In this document: positions 19,163-29,303 of the stretch, one piece after another | Numbering within the stretch: the stretch's first letter is position 1 | How the letters are laid out: the number at the start of each line of letters is the position of its first letter | IMG/VR virus record: IMGVR_UViG_3300027770_000036 | Strand: one strand, 5' to 3' | DNA from: an uncultured virus (IMG/VR IMGVR_UViG_3300027770_000036) | Lineage: Duplodnaviria > Heunggongvirae > Uroviricota > Caudoviricetes | Length of the DNA stretch: 64,000 nucleotides | Notes under the pieces: generated by a model | Told to the model about the DNA's origin: nothing | The model's database searches: none | What the model saw: the letters and a program-made list of their open reading frames with translations, nothing else | Program-made: the position numbers and the translations under genes

Positions 19163-19657
19163 TTACCTCGCTGGGACTACTGAAACCGGTACTACGAATA
19201 CTCTAGTGCTGCCGGCTAAACTGTTTATTCTAACTGATATTGTCATCTTTGACCCTGTTACTACCTGTACCCCTAAAAGATCAGCGCTTCCGTACCTCTC
19301 GTCAGCAGGGTATGTACCTAAGTTATCCTCTTGTATGAGGTTAAAGGATACCTGGTCCCTGGCGAAGTTAAAGAGCAGGGAAGCATCTATTTCTGTTCTT
19401 ATCTTACCTGATCTAACGTCATTAAGAAAAGATGACCCCCTAGTGGGCAGGTATGGCATTGATCCTCTAGGGGTTAAAAGCTCTATAACCCATCTTTGTG
19501 TAAGTTTCTGAATACCTGCGCATACCTGTCCAGAGGGTTTAGAGGAGCTGTGCAGTGACTGCGCCAGCTCAAACTTACCGTCCGAAAAGGCGCCGTCGAA
19601 GGCTAGAACATCTACGGTCCTTCCAGTATAATCAGTAGTTTTTTTAGTGGCTGCCAT
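19163..19657 (-). CDS. Baseplate wedge/sheath initiator (gp25-like)
   Basis: 164 aa; GIQKL.Q..VIELLTPRGSMPYLPTRGS motif; lies directly upstream of baseplate J. Confidence 0.75.
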   Translation of the reverse strand: MAATKKTTDYTGRTVDVLAFDGAFSDGKFELAQSLHSSSKPSGQVCAGIQKLTQRWVIELLTPRGSMPYLPTRGSSFLNDVRSGKIRTEIDASLLFNFARDQVSFNLIQEDNLGTYPADERYGSADLLGVQVVTGSKMTISVRINSLAGSTRVFVVPVSVVPAR

Positions 19658-19664
19658 AGTACAC

Positions 19665-20138
19665 CTACTGGGTTATTTGTGACCTTTTTATTATCTGCTC
19701 TACGTACGCCTTAACCCCGCCTATGAGGGGGCCTCTAGGGTCTGCTTGACCTTTTCTTCTTCCTGCGGCAAAGGCTTCGCACCTAATTGTTGTGGCGTGC
19801 CTAAGGTTGAACGCTCTCTCCATAGCCTGAAGATAGGCCGCCTGCAACTTTATAGCTTTCATATCTCCTTCTGTTCCGGGTGACCCCGTATCAAATATCT
19901 TGTCGTACTGCTTATCTAACTCTTTAGCTCTAGAGAACGTTATATCATGAACTTCAGAAGTGCTCCAAGGGTTTAGGCCTAGCTTAGAGTGTTGCCCCTG
20001 ATTCCACTGCCTAACCTTACCTGGCTCCAACATGAAGTCAGAGAGGGACTTAGACTGCTCTGCTAAGAGTTCTATGTTCTTTACGAACTCCTCACAGGGA
20101 GCCTTTACTTTTGAATTTCCTTTATAAATGTTGCTCAT
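19665..20138 (-). CDS. Hypothetical protein coupled to the sigma factor gene
   Basis: 157 aa; ATGA start/stop overlap with 20135..20956. Confidence 0.65.
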   Translation of the reverse strand: MSNIYKGNSKVKAPCEEFVKNIELLAEQSKSLSDFMLEPGKVRQWNQGQHSKLGLNPWSTSEVHDITFSRAKELDKQYDKIFDTGSPGTEGDMKAIKLQAAYLQAMERAFNLRHATTIRCEAFAAGRRKGQADPRGPLIGGVKAYVEQIIKRSQITQ

Positions 20139-20956
20139 AATATTCCCATCCTTCCTCTGCTATCCATTTTACTTTGTAGCTCAGCCCTTAGCTGGCTAAC
20201 CCTGGCCGGGCTTACCCTTAGCTTATTGGCCAATCTTGTATTGTCTAATACTGGCTTTCCATGCATTCCAAAAGTATGCTCCATTATTAGTTTAGACCTA
20301 TCGTCTAATCCATCATACACGAAACCCTTCCAGGCTGCACCGGTGTCCATTCCAGGTATAGTAGTAGAGGGGTCGCTAGAGTTTTCATTATCACTATTTA
20401 CCATAGGGGCTGATGCAGCCCCCTCTGATATACCAGATCTAAAGCTTCTAACCTTACCTATTCTCTTAGCGGACAGACCAGTATGCTCAGATAGTTCATA
20501 GTCAGACGGGTCTCTACCTAGCTTGTCCTCAAGCTCGTTAAACGATCTATCTATATAATGGCTGTCTAGCCGTACCCTCTCAGGCACGTTTAATATTTGA
20601 TTAGCCTTGCTTGATATTCTCTTAAGGCCTTGCATATGCCACATAATATGGGTCTTTAATTTAGACTGCATAGGGTCATATGTCTTAAGCCCATCCAAGG
20701 CCATTCTCTTTGCCTGCAGTCTTACACTAGGCGGCACGTCCTGTCCTACATAAGCTTTTACAGCAGAATCAATTAAAGGCTGCATCTTTAGGACCATATC
20801 ATCGTTGCTTTTAAGATTTTGGTTGGTGGTCCACCCTTGGTAGGCAGGAGCGTACTCAGCCTCAAGCTTTGACGGGTTTACAGGTGCTGCTTTGGCGGGC
20901 TTATTATCCAAAGAGAACATTGTGGGGACGTCTCCAAACTTCTTTTTATCTGCCAT
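20135..20956 (-). CDS. Sigma-70 family RNA polymerase sigma factor
   Basis: Region-2-like DGLKTYDP..SKLKTHIMW, region 3 LGRDPSDYELSEHTGL, region 4 HTH RLANKLRVSPARVSQL. Confidence 0.88.
   Translation of the reverse strand: MADKKKFGDVPTMFSLDNKPAKAAPVNPSKLEAEYAPAYQGWTTNQNLKSNDDMVLKMQPLIDSAVKAYVGQDVPPSVRLQAKRMALDGLKTYDPMQSKLKTHIMWHMQGLKRISSKANQILNVPERVRLDSHYIDRSFNELEDKLGRDPSDYELSEHTGLSAKRIGKVRSFRSGISEGAASAPMVNSDNENSSDPSTTIPGMDTGAAWKGFVYDGLDDRSKLIMEHTFGMHGKPVLDNTRLANKLRVSPARVSQLRAELQSKMDSRGRMGIL
20923..20936. repeat. Dispersed palindrome (1 mismatch)
   Basis: tgTGGGGACGTCTCCAaa in the 5' end of the sigma gene. Confidence 0.75.
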
Positions 20957-20965
20957 TGTTAATAC

Positions 20966-22672
20966 CTATTTTGAGGGTAATGGTGCGTCTAGGTCTCCGC
21001 CAATCCAAGTAGTATTGTATATCGGGTGCTCTGCCATAACAAAATCTTTATTGTTTTCTTCTGCGTGCGTTCTTACGTGGGCTACCGTATAGGTAGTAGA
21101 AGATGTAGCCGAGTTAGAATCTATTACAAATGATACCCTAACTACTGTCCCATAAAAATACCTATCAGTACTAGCGCTGGGCATTAAGGGCACTACTATG
21201 TATGACGACGAGTGAGTTTCTTCCGGAAGCTCGAACGCTATAAAACTTCCTACTCCTATATCAAACCTTAATGGCCCAGAGATGGTTCCTTGCCTTCCCT
21301 TGGTGACCTCAACCCCAAAAAGTGCCTTGGCATAACTGTCCCTAATGCTTAAAATCTTATTGTCTTCTTTAGAAGCAGAGTTAGTACCGGGCTCCTTAGG
21401 GCTTATAGTGGTGTCGACTGGTAACGGGGACGGTTCAAACCAGTCATGGCTAGGGCATAGCCAACCAGGCGGGTGCTTAAACAAAACCACACCTTTACAC
21501 TTAGCCGCCGGGCTAATGTAGGCTCCTCCGAGCTGGACCTTGGCCACAGGTACTCCCCCCGGCCATGAGGCACCTTCGCTTGCGTCAACTAGGGGAGTTC
21601 CTTCCTGCGGCACTACAAGGGCCACTCCCCTTAGAGTTCTAGGGCAATCTCCGGATATATTAATTGAGCTTATTTGATCTGCTGTTATTGTTTTAAAGGC
21701 CCTACCTGTAGAGATGGTAGGGCAATAAGGAACCACCTGCGCCATATCTATTGATGGGGCAACTGCAAACATATAATTACCGCTGCAAGCTATAAGGCAG
21801 TCCCACATCGTCTGCCCTGCCAGATTCTCTAAGTAAAGGCTGCTAAGGTCTGCAAATATCCCCTTACCTACGTTAAGGGATGAAGCGTCTGATAACTTTA
21901 TTGATAGTTTAGCGTTTAGGCTTGTAATCTTATTCAAGGCACTCTCGGCCACCTTATTTAAAGCGTCCTTGGCTTCCTCTAGCTGGCAGCCTGCTTCCCC
22001 TCCGCCAAATACGTTAGCATCCCCATGTAAGTCTGCCAAGTTTTGCGATTTAGACGCTGCTAATAGTATGCTTTTTATGCCAGTCTCCCAAAGATCGTTG
22101 CAGACATTGCTCTCCCCACCGGTAGCAGCCCCTATCCAGCTTGAGCCCATTAAGGTAGGCCCTCCTTTAGAGGTGTTCTCTACAGTAGTTGGTTCCCTAT
22201 ATAGGGCTGACCTTTGTAGATCCGCTGGAGTTGCGCTGTGCGTAGCTGAACTTAGCATTGTAGCCGCGGCTAAGTCTGCCAGCCAGTGCTCTGCCGATAT
22301 AGTTAAAACACTTGAGCTAGGCGTTCTTTGAAACCCGAACCCTGCAACATATCCTGAAAATATAAGTTTTTTATCAAACCCAGGTACTGTCTTGTCAAAT
22401 GCAAGCAGATCTGGGCTCTCATCTTGAATAACAGAAGTTGCAAATACTTTTACAGTGTTTCTAAATAAGAACTTATCATTGACACTAGTGGCTCTTCCTT
22501 TAGATCCTACAGAGTCTGACTCATCTGCTTTTATTCCCAGAGCTAAAGTTATTACAGCCGTAGGTATAGTGTTCAGAGCAAAGTCGGAGCTAATCTGTAC
22601 GATGTCGTACTCTTCGCCGCCTATCTCGGCCCAGCAGGTTAGTTTACGCTTAGAGAACGTTTGGTCTATCAC
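20966..22672 (-). CDS. Baseplate hub protein (gp27/Mu gp44-like, putative)
   Basis: 568 aa; beta-rich, with C-terminal GTISGPLRFDIGVG...YFYGTVVRVSF typical of hub proteins; position after the tape measure gene. Confidence 0.6.
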   Translation of the reverse strand: MIDQTFSKRKLTCWAEIGGEEYDIVQISSDFALNTIPTAVITLALGIKADESDSVGSKGRATSVNDKFLFRNTVKVFATSVIQDESPDLLAFDKTVPGFDKKLIFSGYVAGFGFQRTPSSSVLTISAEHWLADLAAATMLSSATHSATPADLQRSALYREPTTVENTSKGGPTLMGSSWIGAATGGESNVCNDLWETGIKSILLAASKSQNLADLHGDANVFGGGEAGCQLEEAKDALNKVAESALNKITSLNAKLSIKLSDASSLNVGKGIFADLSSLYLENLAGQTMWDCLIACSGNYMFAVAPSIDMAQVVPYCPTISTGRAFKTITADQISSINISGDCPRTLRGVALVVPQEGTPLVDASEGASWPGGVPVAKVQLGGAYISPAAKCKGVVLFKHPPGWLCPSHDWFEPSPLPVDTTISPKEPGTNSASKEDNKILSIRDSYAKALFGVEVTKGRQGTISGPLRFDIGVGSFIAFELPEETHSSSYIVVPLMPSASTDRYFYGTVVRVSFVIDSNSATSSTTYTVAHVRTHAEENNKDFVMAEHPIYNTTWIGGDLDAPLPSK

Positions 22673-22679
22673 GTAAACC

Positions 22680-23432
22680 TCATACAGTTTTTATTGAAGG
22701 TACATTACTCATACCAATTGCCAATGCTAAACTAATCGCCCCTAACCTCTCAGGAAGAAACTCTGAAGTCTTCCACATCTCCTTAAGTGAGCCAAGGCCT
22801 CCAAATAGTAGCAGCTCTACATCAGAATTACTAATAAGATCGCAGTCCATAAGTATCTGACCTAAGTCTTTTTGGGGTCTTCCTATTATCGACAGTCTAT
22901 AGTTTCCGTTACCTACTTGTACCTTAGTGTTATTACCGAAGTTAAAATCATTCCCAATCCTGCCTATTGTTGTAGCTAGCTTCGACCGCTCATCTAAGGC
23001 TACGCAGGAATCTTCTGTGACTGTAATATCATATATAAACTCAGACCTTCCATTCTTATCATCTGCATACGGAGTTCCTGTATAGGAGAATACCGGAGTA
23101 GACTCTGTATTTACGCCTACCATCTTTACAGTTCCAAACGCTGACATACCTGCAGAAAACTTAAGGGGCCAATACGTTACGCGGCTATCCTTATCGAGGG
23201 CGGCTTCGTTTAGTGCGCTATCGTGCCATAGAGTAGTTATCTGCTTTAGCCTGTAGTTTAAATAAGCCCTATCTGGGTTCTCCCCGAATATAAGTCTCCT
23301 AGCAGTACTGAGGTGGTATGGTAGGGTCTTCTCAGAGAATAGGGGGTCGACTAACTCTTCTCCTGGGTACTCTAGCCCAGGCCAGTTAGATCCTTTTATA
23401 TTAAGCAACGCTGTTCTATAGTGATTAATCAT
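22680..23432 (-). CDS. Hypothetical baseplate-region protein
   Basis: 250-aa ORF in the tail module. Confidence 0.6.
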   Translation of the reverse strand: MINHYRTALLNIKGSNWPGLEYPGEELVDPLFSEKTLPYHLSTARRLIFGENPDRAYLNYRLKQITTLWHDSALNEAALDKDSRVTYWPLKFSAGMSAFGTVKMVGVNTESTPVFSYTGTPYADDKNGRSEFIYDITVTEDSCVALDERSKLATTIGRIGNDFNFGNNTKVQVGNGNYRLSIIGRPQKDLGQILMDCDLISNSDVELLLFGGLGSLKEMWKTSEFLPERLGAISLALAIGMSNVPSIKTV

Positions 23433-23442
23433 TTGATACCTA

Positions 23443-23943
23443 TTATGCGGCTGAAGTAAGTTGAGCCTTCTTAGGCACTATTGCAAGGCTCATAGTGAAC
23501 TGCCCCAAGGATGTTTGAGCATCCGCTACCTGAAGGTTAAACCCTAAAAGAAAAGCCTTAAACGCCACATTTGCTCCTATTTGAATATCTAATGCTTTCG
23601 CTCTAGCCACGGCGTTGTTGTTAGTATAGTAATTGTGAAACTTTTCAAACGGAGCACCACTGGGATCTTTCGCCCCGTTTTCGCACACGTCTGACAAGAA
23701 TAGAATACCAGACAGAGTCATCTGCCCTATCTTATTGCCGAAAACATTAATGTATATAGTATCCCTAAGAGAGTGCATGAACTGAATACTGATGTCCTGA
23801 CTCACACTCATTGAAGATACTATTCCCCTTATAAGGTCTCTGCTTAGCTCACTTTTGTCCACCTTCATAACGAAGGGGGAAGTGGCTGTTTGGTCTGACA
23901 CTATGACGCCTACGGTTCCGGGATTAGAGCTAAATATTTGCAT
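23443..23943 (-). CDS. Tail-tube-like baseplate initiator protein (putative)
   Basis: 166 aa; FMHSL...YINVFG.KIGQMTLSG parallels the tube motif LFEVG..YYVIGK.SGTF.I; lies immediately after the tape measure gene. Confidence 0.55.
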   Translation of the reverse strand: MQIFSSNPGTVGVIVSDQTATSPFVMKVDKSELSRDLIRGIVSSMSVSQDISIQFMHSLRDTIYINVFGNKIGQMTLSGILFLSDVCENGAKDPSGAPFEKFHNYYTNNNAVARAKALDIQIGANVAFKAFLLGFNLQVADAQTSLGQFTMSLAIVPKKAQLTSAA

Positions 23944-23959
23944 TAGTTATTCCTTATGT

Positions 23960-26900
23960 TTAAGCTGCATGAGGGGGAGCGCTGTCAGGGCTCATGAGTA
24001 AGTCAGCCTCTCCTTTTATATTTATTATGCCGCTAACTTTAACTCCATCTTTGAAGACTACCTCAATAGGTCCTTTACCCGCTGCCTTATCCTGATCAGC
24101 CTTCATTTTCTTGTCTTCCGCTAGGAAGCTCTTTTTCAAATCATCAGTGCTAAACTCAACACCTTCATTTCCTTTACCCGCCTTAAACATGCCTTTAGAT
24201 ATGCCGTGCGTCTTAGTAAGAATATCCCTGCGTGACTTATCCTCAGGTGAAAGAGTTCCCTCTTCTGCGTGCATAAGGTTTCTTAGTGATTTAGTCCTTT
24301 CTTCGAGCGTGTCTTTCTTACCTGCTGCAGTTTTATCTGCATCAAAAGCTATTCTAGCGGCCTGATTTATCTGGCTGGCCACCTTTCCTCTTCCGGCCCC
24401 TGTGCCCTCTTTTGCAGCATCCTCCACATTTAAGTCTTTTAAGAACTTATCAGCTACGTCCTTATTTTGTTGTAGACTTACGTTTAATTTTGCCTCATCG
24501 AGTTGTTTCGGAGTAAGTCTAGAACCTGAGGGTTTACTTATAGATTGACCGAGTTCATTTGTTGCCTCCTTATTCTGGGTTAACAAGGCGTCAGTATATT
24601 TCTTTAAGCCGGTTGCCTTTAATACAGACGCAAGAGCCGCTCCGCCGAACCCTTTAAGGCCCCCCAGGGCGGAGTCCACATCTTTAGTTGCCCCCTCAGC
24701 GGCAGCCTGCTTATCCTTTAACTCTTTCCTTTCTTGCGGTGTTAGCTGTTCCATCTGTCTTTGTTTTAGCTGCGCGGTTCTTTCTAGAGAATTTAGGTCT
24801 GGGTACTTCTCCCTGTCGGCTCCTAGGCTTTCAATCTTATTTATAATACCCGTAAGATTGGCTTTGTCTTTAGGGTCTTTAGTAGACTTGGCGATCTTCT
24901 TGGCCTCGTCTATGTCCCTAGCCCCGGCTGCCTTCAATAGGTCAGCCTTTTTAATCTCGTCAGCAGAAGACAGGCCCCCAGGTGTAAGAAGTTTATCCTT
25001 TTTAGCCTTCTCCTCAGCAGTAAGTCCGGCGCGGTTGTACCCCATTAGCTCCTGGCTGTCTGTTTTATCTAGCCCCTTCTTGGCCGCTAGCTTCTTATAC
25101 TCATTCTCGTCGGCCGCTCCAGATTCTTTTAGCAAGCTAGCTAGCTTAACCTTTTGGTCACTGCTCTTCTCTTTTATATTTAGGAGAGTCTCCAGCTCGG
25201 TCTTCTTTTCAGGGGTTAAAGACTTTACCTGATCTATCTTTCTCATCTCTTCTACGGAGCCTGCCCCAGCCTTCTTTAATAGGGCCTCTTTTCTCTGTTG
25301 ATCAGGGGCTGATAATTTGGCCTTGTCATTTCCAAGACCAACGGCTTCTTTAAGGTCTGCTGCGCTAATGCCCTCTTTAGTGAACTGATCAATGGTATTT
25401 TTAGTTAGGCCCGCGCCTGGTTTAGCTTTATTGATATTCTTGATTAAGTTGTCAAGCTCTGTATCTACCTTGACTTTACCAGCCTGAGCCACCTCAAAAG
25501 CCTTGAACTCTTTTGTAATAGCTTCTGCGGATCCGCTAGACAAATCCGATACAGTCTTATCGGCTGAGGCCTTAATTTCTTTTAACTCTTCTGGACTTGC
25601 GTTTAGTATTTTTTCTTTTTCTTTTATTCTAAGGTCGTTTTTTTCCTTAAGCTTAGCATCTGTTGGTGTGCTGGCCTTAAGGTTTTCCACCTCTTTTTTA
25701 GTACTTGCTCTGACTGCTTCTGCCTGCTTAGGGTCTTGTAGCTTGGCTGCGAGGGCTGAATCTTCTTTTTTCTTAGTTATAAGTTCGTTATCCACTCCGG
25801 ACAAATCCGCTACAGTCTTATCAGCCGAAGCCTTAATATCTTCTAGCTCGTCTGGCTTTGCGTTTAGTATTTTTTCTAGTTCTTTTATTCTAAGGTTGTT
25901 TTTATCCCTAAGCTCCGGCTTCTTCTCTGCACCCTCCTTAAGGCTTTTTATCTTCTCCTTAGCCCCTTCTCTATAAGCGTCATTCTGTGTCTTATTTGCT
26001 TCCGAAGCTTGCAGGTTGCCTATAAGCCCTGAGTCTTCTTTCCTTATCTGATTCAGGTAACTAGTATCCGCCCCCTCTGGTACCTTTCCTCCCAGCAGGT
26101 CATCTATACTAACTTTAAGGTCTGAGGCTAGGTCCCTTAGAGTGTTACCGGCCCCCTTGCCCTTATTCATGGCAGCTAGTCCTTTTTCCCCCATAGATGA
26201 GGCTTCTGCTGACTTAAGGTATGTATCTGAAAACTTCTCAAAAGCGTCCATGCCGTACTTAGCGTTCTTTATGTTGGTGTCATTTAAGTTGTTATATGCA
26301 CTATTAAGCCCAGCGAAAGGAGTCTTACCCGGAACAAATCTTCCTTGCCTTTGTATAGCTTCCATACCGGCCCCGTTCATTGTCTTCTGAAGATTGTCAA
26401 GGGCGCGCCCTTGTCCTATAATGGTTACGCTACGATTATCGAACTGGTCTAGCTCTTCTGCAGTTACTCCCGTGTCCTCCTTAAGGTTAGCCAACTTTGC
26501 ATTTGCCGCAGCTAAGGCTCCTGCCTTATCCTTACCTTTAAACTCATCAAGCTTAGTAAAGTCAGAGAAACTAGTGTATGCCTTCTCTAGATCTTCTGGA
26601 GTACTTCCTCCAAGACCAGCAGATTTAAGCTGTGCTTTTATTTTTTCTTTTTCTTGCCCTAACAACTTAAACCCTTCGGGATCCTCAATATCGGCGCCCT
26701 GGGCTACGGCCTCATCCGTCTCTATCTTGTTCTTTACGGCGGCGTTCCTTATATAGCTCTCTCTAACTTTATTAGCGTCAAACCCGTTTAATTGCTTGCT
26801 TGCTTTTTCCATAGCCTCTATCTCTGGACCTAGCAGGCCTTCTATCTCGTCCGTTTTTGTGAATCCTAGTATAGCTGCTATTCCCTCCTTCATACTGGTT

Positions 26901-28996
26901 CCAGGCCCAGCCCCTCTAATTAAGTCTGACACTCTTTGCCCTACGTCAGTCTTTCCAACTCCCCTTAGTATTTCTTGAAACCTGCTTTCCTGAGATACTT
27001 CGGCCTTTGAAATGGCGGCCTCTCTAAGTATCTTGGGGCTCATAGTTGTCGCCATGTTTGCGTAGCTTCCCATATTTCCTCTAACCGCATAACCCTTTGC
27101 AGAGTCGGAAAGTCCTGCAGCCATACTGTCTATTAGCTTATCGTCATCGGCTCCGTTAGTTGCAACTCCCTTTGACTTAAGGTGAGCTTGTATAGCCCTT
27201 TTAGCTATGCCTTGAGGGTCTCCAACTTCTTCACTACTAGGGTTCATAAGGGCTCTAGCTACAACCTGACTTAAGTCTTTCGAGTCACCTAGCATAGCCT
27301 TCTTAAGGTCTGAGGACCCTCCTGATGTGTCATCTTTAGCATACCTAGCTATTACGTTTTCCCCGTACATGGATAGCTCTCGTGTCACCCTCTCTGTCTG
27401 CATTGGTTTGCCTAGCTTACCGCCTATATCATACTTATGCATGTACTCAGCGTTAGCGTGTTCATTAGAAGACAGGTCTTGAATAACAGAGGCAGAAACA
27501 CCCTCTTTCTTAAGGAATGCAGCCATGCCTCCGGGCCTGCTGGTTATATTAACGATCCTGCGGCTCTCCTCTTCAGTAGCCTCCCTCTTTCCAGTTATTA
27601 CCTCATGAATTCGGGCTAGCTCTGAGTTTTTCTCGGGCTCAAATTTATACTGATCTACTAGGCGAGCTATGGCAGCCATTTGCTGCACCCTAGGATCTTT
27701 AGTAGCCTGCACTCCTAACTGCTGTGACATGTTAAGTCTCTTCTCCGCAGTAGACAGGCCAAAAGCCTTAGAGTCACCAAACATTCTTTTGGAAGCTTCA
27801 TTTTCAAGTACAGCTTGATTAGTTATTCCAGGAGTAAATACTCTGTCTACGCCTGCCCTATCGGACATAGCTGCTGTGGATCCCATTAGCTTAAACATTT
27901 GCGGCATATCAATTCCAGCTGCCTTTGCCGTATTAGAGGTGTCGCGTATCATTCTCTCAGTCTTAGCTGAGTCCATAGACGGTAAGTTAGCCTGCGTAAG
28001 AGCTTCGATAGCCCCGACTAGCTGCCCCATAGGCGCATCTGGCTGACCCATCTCTCCGAATATCTCTTTCATGGCGGATACGGCTTTGGACATCTCTTTT
28101 AGCTTTTCAGATATTCTATTAGCGTCTAACTCGCGTATCTTAGTGTCCAGCTCCGGCAGAGAAGAGGCCTCCCCTATAGTAATATTCATGTCTTTTGAAA
28201 CCTGCTCTAGGGCCTTAGACCTTGTAGAGGCCGAGCCCATAAGCCCTTTTCTTTGCATGACATCGTACATCTCTCCGGCTTTACCGGCGGTTATTCCTCC
28301 CATTTCGGCTACGTCTTTTCCGGGCCCGTATAAATTCTCAAATACTTTTCCTGTCATATCGCCTATGTGACCAGGGTCTATTCCTCTTTTACCTGTAATA
28401 GGGTCGGTAGCGTACCTAGCTCCCATAAACATGTTCTGGGCCATAGCGGTAGCCAGGCCTGTTTTTCCTCCCAAACCCATAGACTCTAGCTGGGTCGCGG
28501 GTATTGGTAGATTTGGTAAAATAGAGGCGGCTACGCCTGAGAACTTACGAGCAGCCTCCTGCTCTCTCGGCCCAAACTCAGAGCCGGTCATCTGGGCAAC
28601 TCCCCTTTGCATTTCAAAGAACATGTCGCTGTCTGCTGGCGCGGCCCCGCTCATAGCATTACGATAGCCTTTTGTGGCGTTCATAGCTTTCATTTGGGAA
28701 TACATATTAGTGGTAGGAGAGTACTGTGAAGGTAGGTATCCTCCTCCCAATGCACTAGTTAAAACTCCACCCATTACGCTATTTAAAATAGTTTTAGTTC
28801 CTGGGTCTGTCATCCCAAGAAGCCCTGTTATTGGAGACAGGTCTAATGGGCCTTTTCCGCCCATACCCTGCGCTATAGGTCCGCCAGTATATAGAGTCTG
28901 GGACAACAGCGACGTTAGGGGGGCCGCCCATATGTTGCCGGGAGCATTAATATCAAACTGATTAGCTAGGGGATTTTGGTTCCAGTCCGGCGCCAT
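23960..28996 (-). CDS. Tail tape measure protein
   Basis: 1678 aa, helical, Ala/Lys/Gly-rich; follows the chaperone frameshift pair. Confidence 0.8.
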   Translation of the reverse strand: MAPDWNQNPLANQFDINAPGNIWAAPLTSLLSQTLYTGGPIAQGMGGKGPLDLSPITGLLGMTDPGTKTILNSVMGGVLTSALGGGYLPSQYSPTTNMYSQMKAMNATKGYRNAMSGAAPADSDMFFEMQRGVAQMTGSEFGPREQEAARKFSGVAASILPNLPIPATQLESMGLGGKTGLATAMAQNMFMGARYATDPITGKRGIDPGHIGDMTGKVFENLYGPGKDVAEMGGITAGKAGEMYDVMQRKGLMGSASTRSKALEQVSKDMNITIGEASSLPELDTKIRELDANRISEKLKEMSKAVSAMKEIFGEMGQPDAPMGQLVGAIEALTQANLPSMDSAKTERMIRDTSNTAKAAGIDMPQMFKLMGSTAAMSDRAGVDRVFTPGITNQAVLENEASKRMFGDSKAFGLSTAEKRLNMSQQLGVQATKDPRVQQMAAIARLVDQYKFEPEKNSELARIHEVITGKREATEEESRRIVNITSRPGGMAAFLKKEGVSASVIQDLSSNEHANAEYMHKYDIGGKLGKPMQTERVTRELSMYGENVIARYAKDDTSGGSSDLKKAMLGDSKDLSQVVARALMNPSSEEVGDPQGIAKRAIQAHLKSKGVATNGADDDKLIDSMAAGLSDSAKGYAVRGNMGSYANMATTMSPKILREAAISKAEVSQESRFQEILRGVGKTDVGQRVSDLIRGAGPGTSMKEGIAAILGFTKTDEIEGLLGPEIEAMEKASKQLNGFDANKVRESYIRNAAVKNKIETDEAVAQGADIEDPEGFKLLGQEKEKIKAQLKSAGLGGSTPEDLEKAYTSFSDFTKLDEFKGKDKAGALAAANAKLANLKEDTGVTAEELDQFDNRSVTIIGQGRALDNLQKTMNGAGMEAIQRQGRFVPGKTPFAGLNSAYNNLNDTNIKNAKYGMDAFEKFSDTYLKSAEASSMGEKGLAAMNKGKGAGNTLRDLASDLKVSIDDLLGGKVPEGADTSYLNQIRKEDSGLIGNLQASEANKTQNDAYREGAKEKIKSLKEGAEKKPELRDKNNLRIKELEKILNAKPDELEDIKASADKTVADLSGVDNELITKKKEDSALAAKLQDPKQAEAVRASTKKEVENLKASTPTDAKLKEKNDLRIKEKEKILNASPEELKEIKASADKTVSDLSSGSAEAITKEFKAFEVAQAGKVKVDTELDNLIKNINKAKPGAGLTKNTIDQFTKEGISAADLKEAVGLGNDKAKLSAPDQQRKEALLKKAGAGSVEEMRKIDQVKSLTPEKKTELETLLNIKEKSSDQKVKLASLLKESGAADENEYKKLAAKKGLDKTDSQELMGYNRAGLTAEEKAKKDKLLTPGGLSSADEIKKADLLKAAGARDIDEAKKIAKSTKDPKDKANLTGIINKIESLGADREKYPDLNSLERTAQLKQRQMEQLTPQERKELKDKQAAAEGATKDVDSALGGLKGFGGAALASVLKATGLKKYTDALLTQNKEATNELGQSISKPSGSRLTPKQLDEAKLNVSLQQNKDVADKFLKDLNVEDAAKEGTGAGRGKVASQINQAARIAFDADKTAAGKKDTLEERTKSLRNLMHAEEGTLSPEDKSRRDILTKTHGISKGMFKAGKGNEGVEFSTDDLKKSFLAEDKKMKADQDKAAGKGPIEVVFKDGVKVSGIINIKGEADLLMSPDSAPPHAA

Positions 28997-29012
28997 GTTA
29001 ACTCCTGTCTAT

Positions 29013-29303
29013 CTATTCATCCTTTGCTAGCCAAGGCATAGTGGAATCTATGTAGTCTTTAACGAGACCACCCATACTTTCCCAGGAATCATTAAACAGT
29101 TCTGCAGTGCCGTAGCCTAAGGCACCAGTATACCTTATTAAGGCCAGCTTAACCACATCAGCAGACTTTCTAGACATAAAAGATTTTGCTAACCATTTTA
29201 ATCTAAGTTGCCACTTGCGATCGAGTAAATTAGCGGAGCTAAAATCTACTGCCCCGCTGGCAGCCAGCTCAACTAAAAGGGATGCTACCCGATCGCTTTC
29301 CAA
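29013..29303 (-). CDS. Tail assembly chaperone, frameshift extension (lambda gpT-like)
   Basis: Overlaps the upstream gene in the -1 frame, beginning at the slippery heptamer; TTG start. Confidence 0.75.
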   Translation of the reverse strand: MESDRVASLLVELAASGAVDFSSANLLDRKWQLRLKWLAKSFMSRKSADVVKLALIRYTGALGYGTAELFNDSWESMGGLVKDYIDSTMPWLAKDE

